In this document: positions 42,266 through 52,394 of the stretch, one piece after another | How the letters are laid out: each line of letters begins with the position of its first letter | How positions within the stretch are numbered: position 1 is the first letter of the stretch | NCBI GenBank assembly: GCA_963845185.1 | Contig: CAWJRG010000009.1 | Span: forward strand, 96,001 to 160,000 | Length of the DNA: 64,000 nt | Reading direction: 5' to 3' | Origin: an uncultured bacterium | GTDB lineage: Bacteria > Oederibacteriota > PGYV01 > CAWJRG01 | Made by a program: the position numbers and the translations under genes | Notes under the pieces: model-generated | Database searches by the model: none | Seen by the model: only the letters and a program-made list of their open reading frames with translations | Told to the model about the DNA's origin: nothing

Positions 42266-45200
42266 ATGCGAAAAAAGGGCATTTTAATAATTACATTGAT
42301 AGCGGCTTTTATCCTGTCCGGCTACGCCGCGGCCGACCAGCAAAAACCCCCGGACAACAAAGTTTTGGAATCTCTTTCCGACAACTGGTCACAGGTGACA
42401 GACGCATACAATAATTCAAAAGACGACAAGGATACAACTACCAGGATAGAAAACTTTATCCAGAGGTACAAGGATTCAAACAGGACAGAAGCGGCAGGCG
42501 CGCAGTACCTCGAAGGCAAGCTTAATTACAGGGCAAGGCATTACATGCTGGCTTTTGAAGAATACAAGAAAGTGCTCGATAATTTCGGCGGTACACCGTA
42601 CTGCGACAGCGCCATGTACATGATGGGCGAGTGCCAGTATAATATGGGGAAATTCAACGAGGCCATAGAGGCATGGCGTAATTTCCTGGGGAGCTACCCG
42701 AACAGCCTTTTTAAGATGGAGGCAAATTACGGCTTGGCGCTGGCAAACCTGAACCTGAAAGAATATAAAATAGCGGATAAAATCCTGTCGGATTTCCTTG
42801 ATTCGAACAAGCAGTATGAAAAAGACGACAGGGTGCTTCTTATCGGCGGCATTATTGATTATTACCTGGAAAGGTACGACTCCGCAGCGCAGAAACTCGG
42901 GGCGGTAAAGTCGTCGGAAACGGCTTATTATTACCTGGGCCAGAGTTTTTTAAAATTAAACAAGTACACGGACGCGGCAAACGCCTTTAAAAAAGTATAC
43001 GAAGAATTCCCGGCCAGCAGGTACGCGGAAAGCGCGCTTTACAACAAAGCCGAGGCTTTTTTCAAGGGCGAAAATTACACGGTAGCAGCCGGGGATTACC
43101 AGAACTACGTGAAAAGGTACCCGGAAAGCAAGCTGGCATCGTACGCGGATTTTAAAATGGCGTCGTCGCTTTTTAACTACGGCAGTTTCGACGAAGCTAT
43201 AGCCGCGTACAAGAAAGTAGTGCTTACAGGTTCAGACCCGAAACTCAAGGCTTTCGCGCAGTACCTCATAGGCGAGGCATACCTGAATAAAAAGGATTTC
43301 ACAAGAGCCGCCGAAGCGTATGATATTGTGCTTTCGCAGTACCAGTCCCAGTATGAGGCGGTCGGTGCGGCGGCGCTGAAAGCCGGGTGGTGCAACATAA
43401 GGCAGAATAAATTTGACAGCGCAATAACCGCGCTTAATGAGTTTACGAATAAATACATGACAAGCGACAATATAGCGCTGGGGTATTACCTCCTGGGCAA
43501 CGCGTATTATTTAAAAGGGGATTACAATACGCCGATTAATAACTACCAGTTTATCCTCGATAAGTTCAAATACTCTGACCTGTCAGAAGCAGCGCTTCTT
43601 ATGATAGAGCTTTGTTACACAAGCCAGCAGCAATACCAGCGGCTGATTACAACCGCGGCAAACCTGCTTGATATGATGTCGTCGAAATTCCAGTCTTCCA
43701 AAAGCAAGCTCCGCTCGCGCTCTTATTTTTACCTGGGGCTCGCGTACTATAATATAGGCATGTACGGGCCGGCAGCCAGCGCTTTCCAGCAGATAGTGGA
43801 TAAATATTACGACAGCGACATAACGACAGAGACAAGGGCAAACCTGGCGTGGTGCTATTACCAGCTTGGGCAGTACCAGCTCGCGAGAAGGATGGCAACG
43901 GATGTGGCGGAAAGCGACTACGCGAACAAGAAAATAAAGGCAGCCTGCGAAATCCTGGTGGGCCATACTTATTTCAGCGAAAAAAATTATGCAAAAGGCG
44001 CGGCTAAATACGGGGAATTTGCCCTTAACCACGAGAAGGACAAGGATATTGACCCGAACCAGAATATCGGAAGCCCTGTACCAGCAGGGCCAGATATATT
44101 ACATACAGGAATATTATATGGATGCCATAAAGTCATGGCAGGTGCTTGTGGGAAAATACCCGAAATCAAAAAGGGCGCCCGACGCGCTTTATAAAATATC
44201 CGACACTTATTTTAAGGCACAGAAATACGACGAAGCCATAGCCGGGTTCGAGGAAATAATAAAGAAGTGGCCGGACCTGCCTGTGGCCGAGGACGCCATG
44301 TTTTCAGTAGCGCAGGTTTATTATAATTCCGACAAGGAAGACAAAGCCATAGCGGCTTTCAAGCAGTTTACCGAGAAATACCCGAACAGCCTAAAGGCAA
44401 AAAACGGCATAGAAGGGCTGCAGACGGCTTATTTCAAGAAGGGCGAGAAAAACCAGGACCCGGAAACGCTGCTCGCATTTGTGGACAAATACCCGAATTC
44501 AAACCTGGCTGTGGACGCGCTTTATAAGGCCGGCGAGATTTATTTTCAGACTCAAAAATTCCAGAAAGCCATAGACGTATTTAACAGGCTGTCTTCCGAG
44601 CACCCCAACGATACCCTGGCAACGAACGCAAGTTATTACCTGGCTGCCTGTTACGAGGGCCTGCAGAAAACAGACGACGCAATAGAGGCTTACAAGACGT
44701 TTTTGAAGAATTTCCCGAAGCACGAACTGGCGTCCGACGTCATGTTCAGGCTGGCGACAGCCCTGTATAACGCCAAGAAATACCCGGACGCGATAATATA
44801 TTACGAGAAGACCATGGAGAAGTACCAGGGCACCGACTACGCGAAAAATTCGCTTTTTAACGCGGCGCTTTGCTACAGCGAAATAAACAAGATGGACGAG
44901 GCCATAGCCGATTACAGGACTTACGCCCAGAAATACAAAGACGACCCGAAATCAAAGGACATACCGGGCCAGATAGCCACCATATACCTGACGCAGAAGA
45001 GGTATAAGGAAGCCATAGATGCTTATACCGACATCGCGAAAGCCTCCACCAGCACGGCCGACGACACGAGAGCCGAGGCGTGGTACAGGATAGGCGATAT
45101 ATATAAGACAATGGAGCAAAACGATTCCGCAATAACAGCTTTCAGGAACCTTATAGATGTAAAGCCGGCCAACAACCAGTTCAGGGTATCGGCGCTGATT

Positions 45201-45386
45201 GCCATGGCGCAGCTTTATGAAGACAAGCAGGACTGGAAAAACGCGGTCGCTATCTATGAATATATATCTACAAGCGGTGCCCAGAAAGATTATACGGACG
45301 GAGCAAAATCCAGAATAAACGACATCAAGGCCGCGTATCCTGACGCATTCAAGGGAAAAGCGGCAACCAATAACGGACAAAAGTAA
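42266..45386 (+). CDS. Giant periplasmic TPR protein (~1040 aa, BamD/CpoB-like repeats); 1-bp insertion at ~44059
   Basis: Signal peptide and continuous 'YP.S..A..A.Y' TPR repeats across two overlapping ORFs. Confidence 0.85.
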
Positions 45387-45420
45387 AAAAAATTACAAAA
45401 TTTGAAAAGGAGGTCTTAAG

Positions 45421-46078
45421 ATGGGAAGCGGTTATGAAATAGACATAATGCAGGTCTTAAGAAGCAGTTGGGTCATAGTTTTAATGCTTTTTCTTTCAGT
45501 ACTTGTCGTAGCATTTACGATAGAAAGGTGGGTTTATTACCAGAGAACCAAACTTGATTCCGATAAATTCCTGGATAAAATAAAGGGTTTCATAGTGGAT
45601 GGCAAATACGACGAGGCTGTCGAATACTGCAGGAAAATGCCCGGTTCGATACCTATAGTCGTAAAGGCAGGCCTTGACAACAGGGATTTGCCGCGCGAGG
45701 AAATAGACAAACTCATGGAATCAATACGGCAGGAAGAAAGGATAAAGCTTGAACGCTACCTGGGCGTGCTAGGCACGCTCGGCAGCATAACGCCGTTCAT
45801 AGGACTTTTAGGCACGGTCCTCGGCATCATCAAGGCATTCCGCGACCTGGCGAAGCTCTGCCGGTGCAGGGCCTGAAGTTGTCATGGTCGGTATAGCCGA
45901 GGCTCTGGTAGCTACGGCAGTAGGACTTGGCGTGGCAATACCGTCGGTTGTTGTCTTTAATTTTTATATGAGAAAAGTAAAAAATATCGCGGTCGAGATG
46001 GAAGCGGTTGCCAGAAGGTTTATAATACTGCTGGCAAATTATGGAGAAGGGAGCGCACATGCAGGAAGGAAAAGATGA
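45421..46078 (+). CDS. exbB: MotA/TolQ/ExbB proton-channel protein; 1-bp insertion at ~45853
   Basis: LGTLGSITPFIGLLGTVLGIIKAF, then GIAEALVATAVGLGVAIP in the next frame. Confidence 0.9.
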
Positions 46079-46496
46079 AGCAGCAGATTCCATATCTGAT
46101 ATAAATATAACGCCACTTGTAGACGTATCGCTGGTGCTTGTCATCATATTCATGGTGACCTCGCCGCTGCTTGTACAGGCAGGGATAATAGTCGCTTCGT
46201 CGCGTACGACGGCTTCCGAAGGCCAGCATACAAAAGACGAATCCGTGAATATAAATATAACCAAAAAAGGCGTTACGGTGAATAACGAGAAAGTCACCAT
46301 GGACAAACTGGCGGAAGTATTAAAGGCAAGGATACCAAAGGCCAAAGACAAGATGGTTGTAGTCACGGCCGACAGGGACGTATTGCATGGCCAGGTTGTA
46401 AAGATTCTTGACATTTCGAAAATGGCAGGAGCGGCAAAAATAGCATTGATGCGGGACGATAAACTGCCGAAGAATGAAAAGAAAAAGAAAAAATGA
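46059..46496 (+). CDS. exbD: ExbD/TolR protein 1
   Basis: INITPLVDVSLVLVIIFMVT, ADRDV.HG.VV.ILD. Confidence 0.9.
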   Translation: MQEGKDEAADSISDINITPLVDVSLVLVIIFMVTSPLLVQAGIIVASSRTTASEGQHTKDESVNINITKKGVTVNNEKVTMDKLAEVLKARIPKAKDKMVVVTADRDVLHGQVVKILDISKMAGAAKIALMRDDKLPKNEKKKKK

Positions 46497-46500
46497 AAAG

Positions 46501-46535
46501 AGTGATAAGTGGCAGGTGGTAAGTGATAAGTGGTA
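46501..46535 (+). repeat. Heptamer tandem repeat (five copies)
   Basis: AGTGATA AGTGGCA GGTGGTA AGTGATA AGTGGTA. Confidence 0.75.
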
Positions 46536-46557
46536 AATAACTGAAGGAGGCAAGATT

Positions 46558-46977
46558 ATGTCAATGTCAGGCGGTAGCAGCGGAGCAGCGGAAGAACCGA
46601 TTTCCAGCATAAATATTACGCCGCTTGTAGACGTATCGCTGGTGCTTGTTATTATATTCATGGTGACTGCGCCTTTGATAAGCAGGCCGAAATTGTCGGT
46701 TATGCTGCCGAAAGCGTCGACCGACGAGTCGAAAAACGAGGAAAACGTCACAATAACCATAGACAAAGATTCGAAAATCGCAGTGGATTCCAAGACTGTA
46801 ACCACTCTCGATGAAATGAAAAACGAACTTGCCAGGAAAATCCAGATAGCGAAAGAAAAAGTTATAATAATAAAAGCAGATGAAAGCGTAGATTACGGAA
46901 CGGTCATTGACGCGATGGACGCGGCAAAAGACTCGAAGCCGAAAAAAATGTATTTTGCCACGCAACAAAAAAAATAA
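46558..46977 (+). CDS. exbD: ExbD/TolR protein 2
   Basis: INITPLVDVSLVLVIIFMVTAP, KADESVDYGTVIDAMD. Confidence 0.9.
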   Translation: MSMSGGSSGAAEEPISSINITPLVDVSLVLVIIFMVTAPLISRPKLSVMLPKASTDESKNEENVTITIDKDSKIAVDSKTVTTLDEMKNELARKIQIAKEKVIIIKADESVDYGTVIDAMDAAKDSKPKKMYFATQQKK

Positions 46978-46993
46978 CAGAAGGTGATTAACT

Positions 46994-47962
46994 ATGTTCG
47001 CGCATGATTTTGATACAAAAGGAGTAAGCGTATCCGTGAGTGTTTCCGTAGCCCTGCATGTGCTTGTGCTGCTCCTGGTCTTGTTTGTGCAGCACAGGAA
47101 CCTCATGAACAAGGAAAAATACATGCTTACGGAAGTCACCATGATAGAACAGGTGCCGGACGAGCAGAAACCGCAGCCGCAAGTGCAAATGCCAAAACCC
47201 AAAAGCGTGTTTGATATATTGAAAAATATAATACCAATAAAGCAGAAAACCAACCAGCTTGAACTAGCGAAACCGAAAATGCCGGAACTTTCAAAACCCA
47301 AAATTGAGCCTTTAAAACAACAGGCTCTGGACATGGACAAATTAAAGGCCGATAATTTAAAACAGCCGATGAAATCCATAGATATAGACAATGAAATAGG
47401 AAAGAAGAAATTATCCCCGGCCATGGTGGAGCAGGCCAAGTTACAGATGGCGCAGAAGCAGAACCAGCTCGCGCAGGCGCCGGCTTCGCTTAAACTTACA
47501 GAAAACAGCAAGCAGGGCAGCTGGCTGCCGGTGGCACAGCCACAGCTCAGCGGAAAGTCGTTTAACAGGAGCGCGGGCATTGCGGCAGCGCCCTTAAAAA
47601 TCGGCCAGCCAACTCCGGCTCCCAAAAAGAATGTAGAAGAGCAGTTGAATATACCGAAAGAAAAAGGCGCAGCTTTGCTCGTATCAGGGGAGATACAGGG
47701 GAGGAAAATAATAACCGCGGTCGCTCCGCGCTATCCGAGGTCACTGGAAGAGCAGGGAATAGAGGCGCAGGTCGCAGTGGATATAGTAGTAACAGCCAGC
47801 GGCAATGTCAAGGATAACGCCTATGTGAGCCTATCCTCGGGTTATACCGAGTTTGACCAGCCGGCACTTGAAGCGGCGAAGGAGCTGGTTTTCGCGCCGT
47901 TGAGCGGCAACGGGGAAGACCAGTCCGGCACGGTTTTATTCAAATTTCAACTTACGAGGTGA
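46994..47962 (+). CDS. tonB: TonB family energy transducer
   Basis: SVALH TM motif, Pro/Lys-rich linker, PRYP...GIEAQV...SSGY.EFD..ALEA TonB-C domain. Confidence 0.88.
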   Translation: MFAHDFDTKGVSVSVSVSVALHVLVLLLVLFVQHRNLMNKEKYMLTEVTMIEQVPDEQKPQPQVQMPKPKSVFDILKNIIPIKQKTNQLELAKPKMPELSKPKIEPLKQQALDMDKLKADNLKQPMKSIDIDNEIGKKKLSPAMVEQAKLQMAQKQNQLAQAPASLKLTENSKQGSWLPVAQPQLSGKSFNRSAGIAAAPLKIGQPTPAPKKNVEEQLNIPKEKGAALLVSGEIQGRKIITAVAPRYPRSLEEQGIEAQVAVDIVVTASGNVKDNAYVSLSSGYTEFDQPALEAAKELVFAPLSGNGEDQSGTVLFKFQLTR

Positions 47963-47969
47963 GAAGGAA

Positions 47970-48893
47970 ATGAAGAAACACGCTGTCATAATAATATTTG
48001 CCGTTTTATTCGCGGCGTATACGGTTTATGCCGACAACCCGGCGCCCACACCAACTGCGGAGCAGGCGGCAGGCGCTGCGGGAGAAGTCGTTTCTACCGG
48101 GCAGTTACAGCTAAAAATAGAAACAGAAAAGCCCGACATTGACGTGCATACAGACGCAAATGAAGTGGCGGAAGAAGTTGTGAAAACCGAAAGCAACATA
48201 CTGGGCCTGTCAATGGAGGACGTAAAAGACGTTAAAATGAGCCTGCCTGAGACGTTTCACAATTCGAGGGCGGATTATTCTCCGGAAATATCATACCTGA
48301 AGACGCCGCCGGTTTTTAAGCTCAGGCCCAAGATAAATTCAGGCATAGAACTTGAAAAATGGTCGTTTAAAATCACAGACCCCACCGGTTACGCGGTAAA
48401 AGTTTTAAGGGGAGGCGGATCCCTTCCTGACGAGATTGTGTGGGAAGGCTTTGACGATGCCGGCAACATAATAAAAGTCGGCGCGCCTTATTCGTATATT
48501 TTTACCGTAATGGACAAGGCAGGCAACCCGAATTCAATAATAGGAAACCCGAAAGTGGTGGACGCGATAAAGTACAAGAAGGAAGGCAAGACCTTTATCG
48601 TGATATCCAATAAATTCCTTTTCGACAAAGACAGGAAAGATACCCTGACGACGAAAGGCCAGCAGGTATTAAATGAGGTTGAAAATTACATGAAGATGGC
48701 GAATAATTTTCCGGTGACAATGCAGGTTTTTTCCGAAGACAAAGGGCTGGCTTCCGACCAGACGGCAACAATGGAAAAGGTTTTTACGGACGATTTGAAG
48801 CTCGGGAGCAAAATAATTTTGAAAGAAGAGATGTACGGCGACGCAAGCGTACCGAAAAATTACAGGACGATATTTATTATTAACAACGAGTAA
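47970..48893 (+). CDS. Exported protein with FlgD-Ig-like domain and possible degenerate OmpA-like C-terminus
   Basis: Signal peptide; WSFKI.D..G...IVWEGFDDAG resembles the C-terminus of the 40504 PorV-like protein; LFDKD...L...G.QVL. Confidence 0.6.
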   Translation: MKKHAVIIIFAVLFAAYTVYADNPAPTPTAEQAAGAAGEVVSTGQLQLKIETEKPDIDVHTDANEVAEEVVKTESNILGLSMEDVKDVKMSLPETFHNSRADYSPEISYLKTPPVFKLRPKINSGIELEKWSFKITDPTGYAVKVLRGGGSLPDEIVWEGFDDAGNIIKVGAPYSYIFTVMDKAGNPNSIIGNPKVVDAIKYKKEGKTFIVISNKFLFDKDRKDTLTTKGQQVLNEVENYMKMANNFPVTMQVFSEDKGLASDQTATMEKVFTDDLKLGSKIILKEEMYGDASVPKNYRTIFIINNE

Positions 48894-48927
48894 ATAACAC
48901 CCGATAAGCGGCATACAGGGAGAGGTT

Positions 48928-49500
48928 ATGCTATACATTAAATTAAGCGGAAACATAACGGAAAAAGAACGTGTGTCGGAATTGCAGGAAGAACTTATAG
49001 ACATATCAAAGATAAGCGGATGGCAATATGAAATAATAAGCGAGAATTTCCAAACGCTGACTTTTAAAGCAAAAGGCGATCCGGGTCCGAAACCTGAAAT
49101 CGACGAGACGGACGAGAATTTGATACTTTTAAACAGCGCCGATGTTTTCCTTGAGGGTATATCTGTTACTGTGGACGAATACAGCGACCCGTTGAGGATT
49201 ACCTTTGACAAAGACGGCAAACTGGCAAGCATAGTTTTTTATACCACCGACAGGCCGAAAGAAATATCCAACAAGCTAATAATTAAAAAATATGAATTCC
49301 TATATTTTCCCTATATCAAAATAGCCACAACAAATTATGAAAGCCATATTAAAATCACAAGGCTGCTTGATTACATCAAGAAAAAATACATAAAAGACCT
49401 TGAAGTAGTGGACAATTCTTTTTATTGGAACAACAGGGATGAGGAAGAATTAAAAGTAAAAATGTGGGAAGCCTTCCGCAACGACCAGATAATATCGTAA
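48928..49500 (+). CDS. Hypothetical protein
   Basis: 190 aa ORF with GAGG RBS, co-oriented at the end of the operon. Confidence 0.7.
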   Translation: MLYIKLSGNITEKERVSELQEELIDISKISGWQYEIISENFQTLTFKAKGDPGPKPEIDETDENLILLNSADVFLEGISVTVDEYSDPLRITFDKDGKLASIVFYTTDRPKEISNKLIIKKYEFLYFPYIKIATTNYESHIKITRLLDYIKKKYIKDLEVVDNSFYWNNRDEEELKVKMWEAFRNDQIIS

Positions 49501-49716
49501 TTTTTGTTCAATAAAATACAACCTTCCTGGAAAGCTGTTTTGCACATAATATATTTTTATTAAACTCCAGATTGTTGCCTCTAAAAACCGCTATATTTTT
49601 TGAGTATTTTGCTGTATATTATTCTAAAAGAAAGACTATTGACGGCTTATGAAGGGCAAAACCCCTTCAGTTGGGCAGAAAAGGCATATTTTAAAATATC
49701 AGGATGACTTCTATCC

Positions 49717-49743
49717 GTTAAATAGTCCACTGGACTATTTAAC
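49717..49743. repeat. 27-bp palindrome of the AAATAGTCCACTGGACTATTT family
   Basis: GTTAAATAGTCCA-C-TGGACTATTTAAC; sister copy at 16380-16406. Confidence 0.85.
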
Positions 49744-49796
49744 TATGCTACCGGAATATTTAACTCCCTTGTTAAGGAGGAAGAACGGAGATTTTT

Positions 49797-50774
49797 ATGA
49801 TAAAAACAATAGCAGTAATGACTACGGGCGGGGACGCGCCGGGAATGAATGCGGCCATAAGAAGCGTGGTGCGAACGGCAATCAGCTTTGACTTGGAAGT
49901 TTTCGGGGTGGAAGAAGGCTATGCCGGCCTTATGAAAAATTATTTTATTGATATGGGGCTTGAGAGCGTGAGCGGCATAATCAACAGGGGAGGAACTATT
50001 TTAAGGACAGTACGGTCGAAAGATTTTCATACAAAATCAAAAAGAGAATCAGGGTATGAGTATTTATACGAACATAAAATCAACGGCATCATAGTTATAG
50101 GCGGTGATGGCTCGCGCAGCGGAATGAATTTAATAACAAAAGAAACAGGAATACCTTCTGTTTTTATACCTGCATCAATAGACAACGACGTGTTCGGTAC
50201 GGATAATACCATAGGATTCGACACGGCAGTCAATACAGCGCTTGAGGCTATTGACAGGATAAGGGATACAGCCGCATCACACGAGAGGGTTTTTATAGTG
50301 GAAATAATGGGAAGACACCAAGGCTTTTTGACGCTTGAAGTCGGCATCGCAGGCGGGGCAGAGCTTATTTTAATACCGGAGTTCAAAGATAATATTAAAA
50401 TAGACAGGATATGCAGGGTGCTTGATGAAGGTTTTAAACGCGGAAAAAACAGCAGCATAATAGCCATGGCTGAGGGAGTAGGCATGTCGAGCGACATGGC
50501 GAGGGCAATAGGCAAAAAAATGGGTATTGACGCCAGATATACAGTGCTTGGTTATATACAAAGAGGCGGCGCACCAACAGCTTACAGCCGTAAACTAGGC
50601 CTTGTCTTCGGATATGAGGCCGTAGGCCTGCTAAAAAAAATGAAAAAAGGCCAAAGCAAAATGGTCGGCATACAAAACAACAAAATAATAACACCGGATA
50701 TAAAAGACGTCATAAACAAGAAGAAAAAGATAGACAGGGAACTGTACGAAATGAATAAAATTTTTGCGCTATGA
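49797..50774 (+). CDS. pfkA: 6-phosphofructokinase
   Basis: TTGGDAPGMNA, GGTIL, IGGDGS, SIDND, EIMGR, LGYIQRGG. Confidence 0.95.
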   Translation: MIKTIAVMTTGGDAPGMNAAIRSVVRTAISFDLEVFGVEEGYAGLMKNYFIDMGLESVSGIINRGGTILRTVRSKDFHTKSKRESGYEYLYEHKINGIIVIGGDGSRSGMNLITKETGIPSVFIPASIDNDVFGTDNTIGFDTAVNTALEAIDRIRDTAASHERVFIVEIMGRHQGFLTLEVGIAGGAELILIPEFKDNIKIDRICRVLDEGFKRGKNSSIIAMAEGVGMSSDMARAIGKKMGIDARYTVLGYIQRGGAPTAYSRKLGLVFGYEAVGLLKKMKKGQSKMVGIQNNKIITPDIKDVINKKKKIDRELYEMNKIFAL

Positions 50775-50783
50775 TATAAAATG

Positions 50784-50808
50784 ATACCCGATATTTAATA
50801 TCGGGTAT
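50784..50808. other. Perfect hairpin after pfkA
   Basis: ATACCCGATAT-TTA-ATATCGGGTAT. Confidence 0.6.
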
Positions 50809-50816
50809 GAAAACTG

Positions 50817-50921
50817 ATACCGCTTGTCTTCGGCCTTACGGCCTCGGACTTGAGCGGGTACAAGATTTCGTAATACTTTGTCTGCGCCTGTCGACGGCTT
50901 GACAAAGTAAACGAAATCTTG
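50817..50921 (+). repeat. Structured intergenic repeat family, copy 6
   Basis: ATACCGCTTGTCTTCGGCCTTACGGCCTCGGACTTGAGCGGGTA followed by CAAGATTTCGT...ACGAAATCTTG. Confidence 0.9.
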
Positions 50922-50933
50922 GGGAGAGACACA

Positions 50934-52331
50934 TTGATAAAAATCAAATTTTGCGGAGCGGCAAGAGAAGTGACGGGCTCAATGCACCTGCTGCAGAAAG
51001 ACAATTTCAATATTTTGCTCGACTGCGGCATGGAGGAAGGAAAAAGAAAGGAAAGTTTTGAGAGGAACAGCCATTTCCCTTTTGAACCGGCTACAATAAA
51101 TACCCTTATCCTGTCCCACGCCCATATAGACCATTCAGGCAACATACCTACCCTGATAAAGAAGGGTTTTAACGGCGTAATACACGCAACAGGCGCCACG
51201 AAAGGCCTGTGTGATTTAATGTTGCCGGACAGCGCACACGTCCAGCTGCGCGACCTTGAATATGTCAATAAAAGAAGGGAAAAACAGGGCAAAACCCTGT
51301 TTGAACCGCTTTATACGGAAAAAGACGCAGTTGAAAGCATGGAATATTTTCATATAAATGAAATAGACGAAAAGTTTGACCTCACAAATGACATAACTGT
51401 TGAGTTTTTAAACGCGGGACATATACTGGGCTCTTGCATGATGGTTATTTCAATCAACGAAAACGGTAAAATAATAAAGCTGGCTTTTACGGGAGACCTG
51501 GGAAGGAAAAACCTGCCTATGCTGCAGGACCCGGACAGGATAAGCGATATAGATTACCTAGTAATAGAAAGCACTTACGGCGGCAAGGATCATAAAGACA
51601 TATCCCTGGCTTATGACAGGGTAGCCGAAGTTATAAATGAAACTTACGCAAAAGGCGGAAAAATAATAATTCCGGTTTTTGCAGTCGAGAGGACGCAGGA
51701 AGTGCTTTTTGTATTAAACAAGCTTTTTATCCAGAAGAAAATTCCTTCATTGAAAATATTTGTTGACAGCCCGCTTGCCGTGGCCGTAACCGAACTTTTC
51801 GAAAAGCACCAGGAATGTTTTGACAAGGAGATGATTTATTTTTTAAATAACGGCGGAGACCCGTTTAACCGCGAAATGGTGCAGTACATAAAAACAGTGG
51901 AAGAATCAAAAGCGATAAATGATTTCAAGGGCCCGTGCGTGATAATGTCGGCAACAGGTATGTGCGAAGCAGGCAGAATCCTGCATCATTTGAAAAATAA
52001 TATAACAGACGCAAGAAATACGGTAATGATAGTAGGTTATCAGGCGGAGAATACACTCGGAAGGAAGCTTGTGGACGGGGTTAAACAGGTGAAAATATTC
52101 GGCGAAGAATATCAGGTAAACGCAAAAATAGAGGTTGTAAATGAGTTTTCGGGCCACGCGGGAAGCAGCGCGCTGGTAGATTTTATAAAATACGCCTCGT
52201 CGCCGAGGCTAAAAAAAATATTTTTGGTGCATGGCGAACCAAAACAGCAGGAAAAATTTATGGAAAGGCTTAATGCCGCGGGGATATATAATGTGATGAG
52301 TCCGGAGCTGGGATATGAAAGCGAGCTGTAA
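50934..52331 (+). CDS. MBL-fold beta-CASP nuclease (YSH1-like)
   Basis: GAAREVTGS, SHAHIDHSG, AGHILG, ESTYG, FSGHA, VHGE. Probable TTG start after GGGGAG. Confidence 0.9.
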   Translation: MIKIKFCGAAREVTGSMHLLQKDNFNILLDCGMEEGKRKESFERNSHFPFEPATINTLILSHAHIDHSGNIPTLIKKGFNGVIHATGATKGLCDLMLPDSAHVQLRDLEYVNKRREKQGKTLFEPLYTEKDAVESMEYFHINEIDEKFDLTNDITVEFLNAGHILGSCMMVISINENGKIIKLAFTGDLGRKNLPMLQDPDRISDIDYLVIESTYGGKDHKDISLAYDRVAEVINETYAKGGKIIIPVFAVERTQEVLFVLNKLFIQKKIPSLKIFVDSPLAVAVTELFEKHQECFDKEMIYFLNNGGDPFNREMVQYIKTVEESKAINDFKGPCVIMSATGMCEAGRILHHLKNNITDARNTVMIVGYQAENTLGRKLVDGVKQVKIFGEEYQVNAKIEVVNEFSGHAGSSALVDFIKYASSPRLKKIFLVHGEPKQQEKFMERLNAAGIYNVMSPELGYESEL

Positions 52332-52394
52332 TTATGCGCAACGAAATACAGAATGAAATATCCTTTGGTTTTAACAAACGATGCAGAGGCCAGC

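Noticed and set aside
41995..42282. Short ORFs over the repeat array (also 49649-49891 and 50795-51292)
   Set aside because: They are translations of the non-coding structured elements; shared peptides such as AQAKYYEIL arise from the repeat itself.
308..45854. Seven apparent frameshifts (IS110 ~310, hom ~13987, apgM ~18761, giant surface protein ~39960, PorV-like ~40823, TPR ~44059, exbB ~45853) as programmed frameshifting, phase variation or pseudogenes
   Set aside because: Each can be repaired by a single base in a 2-4 nt homopolymer, in both directions, with no slippery heptamer and no other decay, including in housekeeping genes. This is most consistent with sequencing/consensus error; read mapping would confirm.
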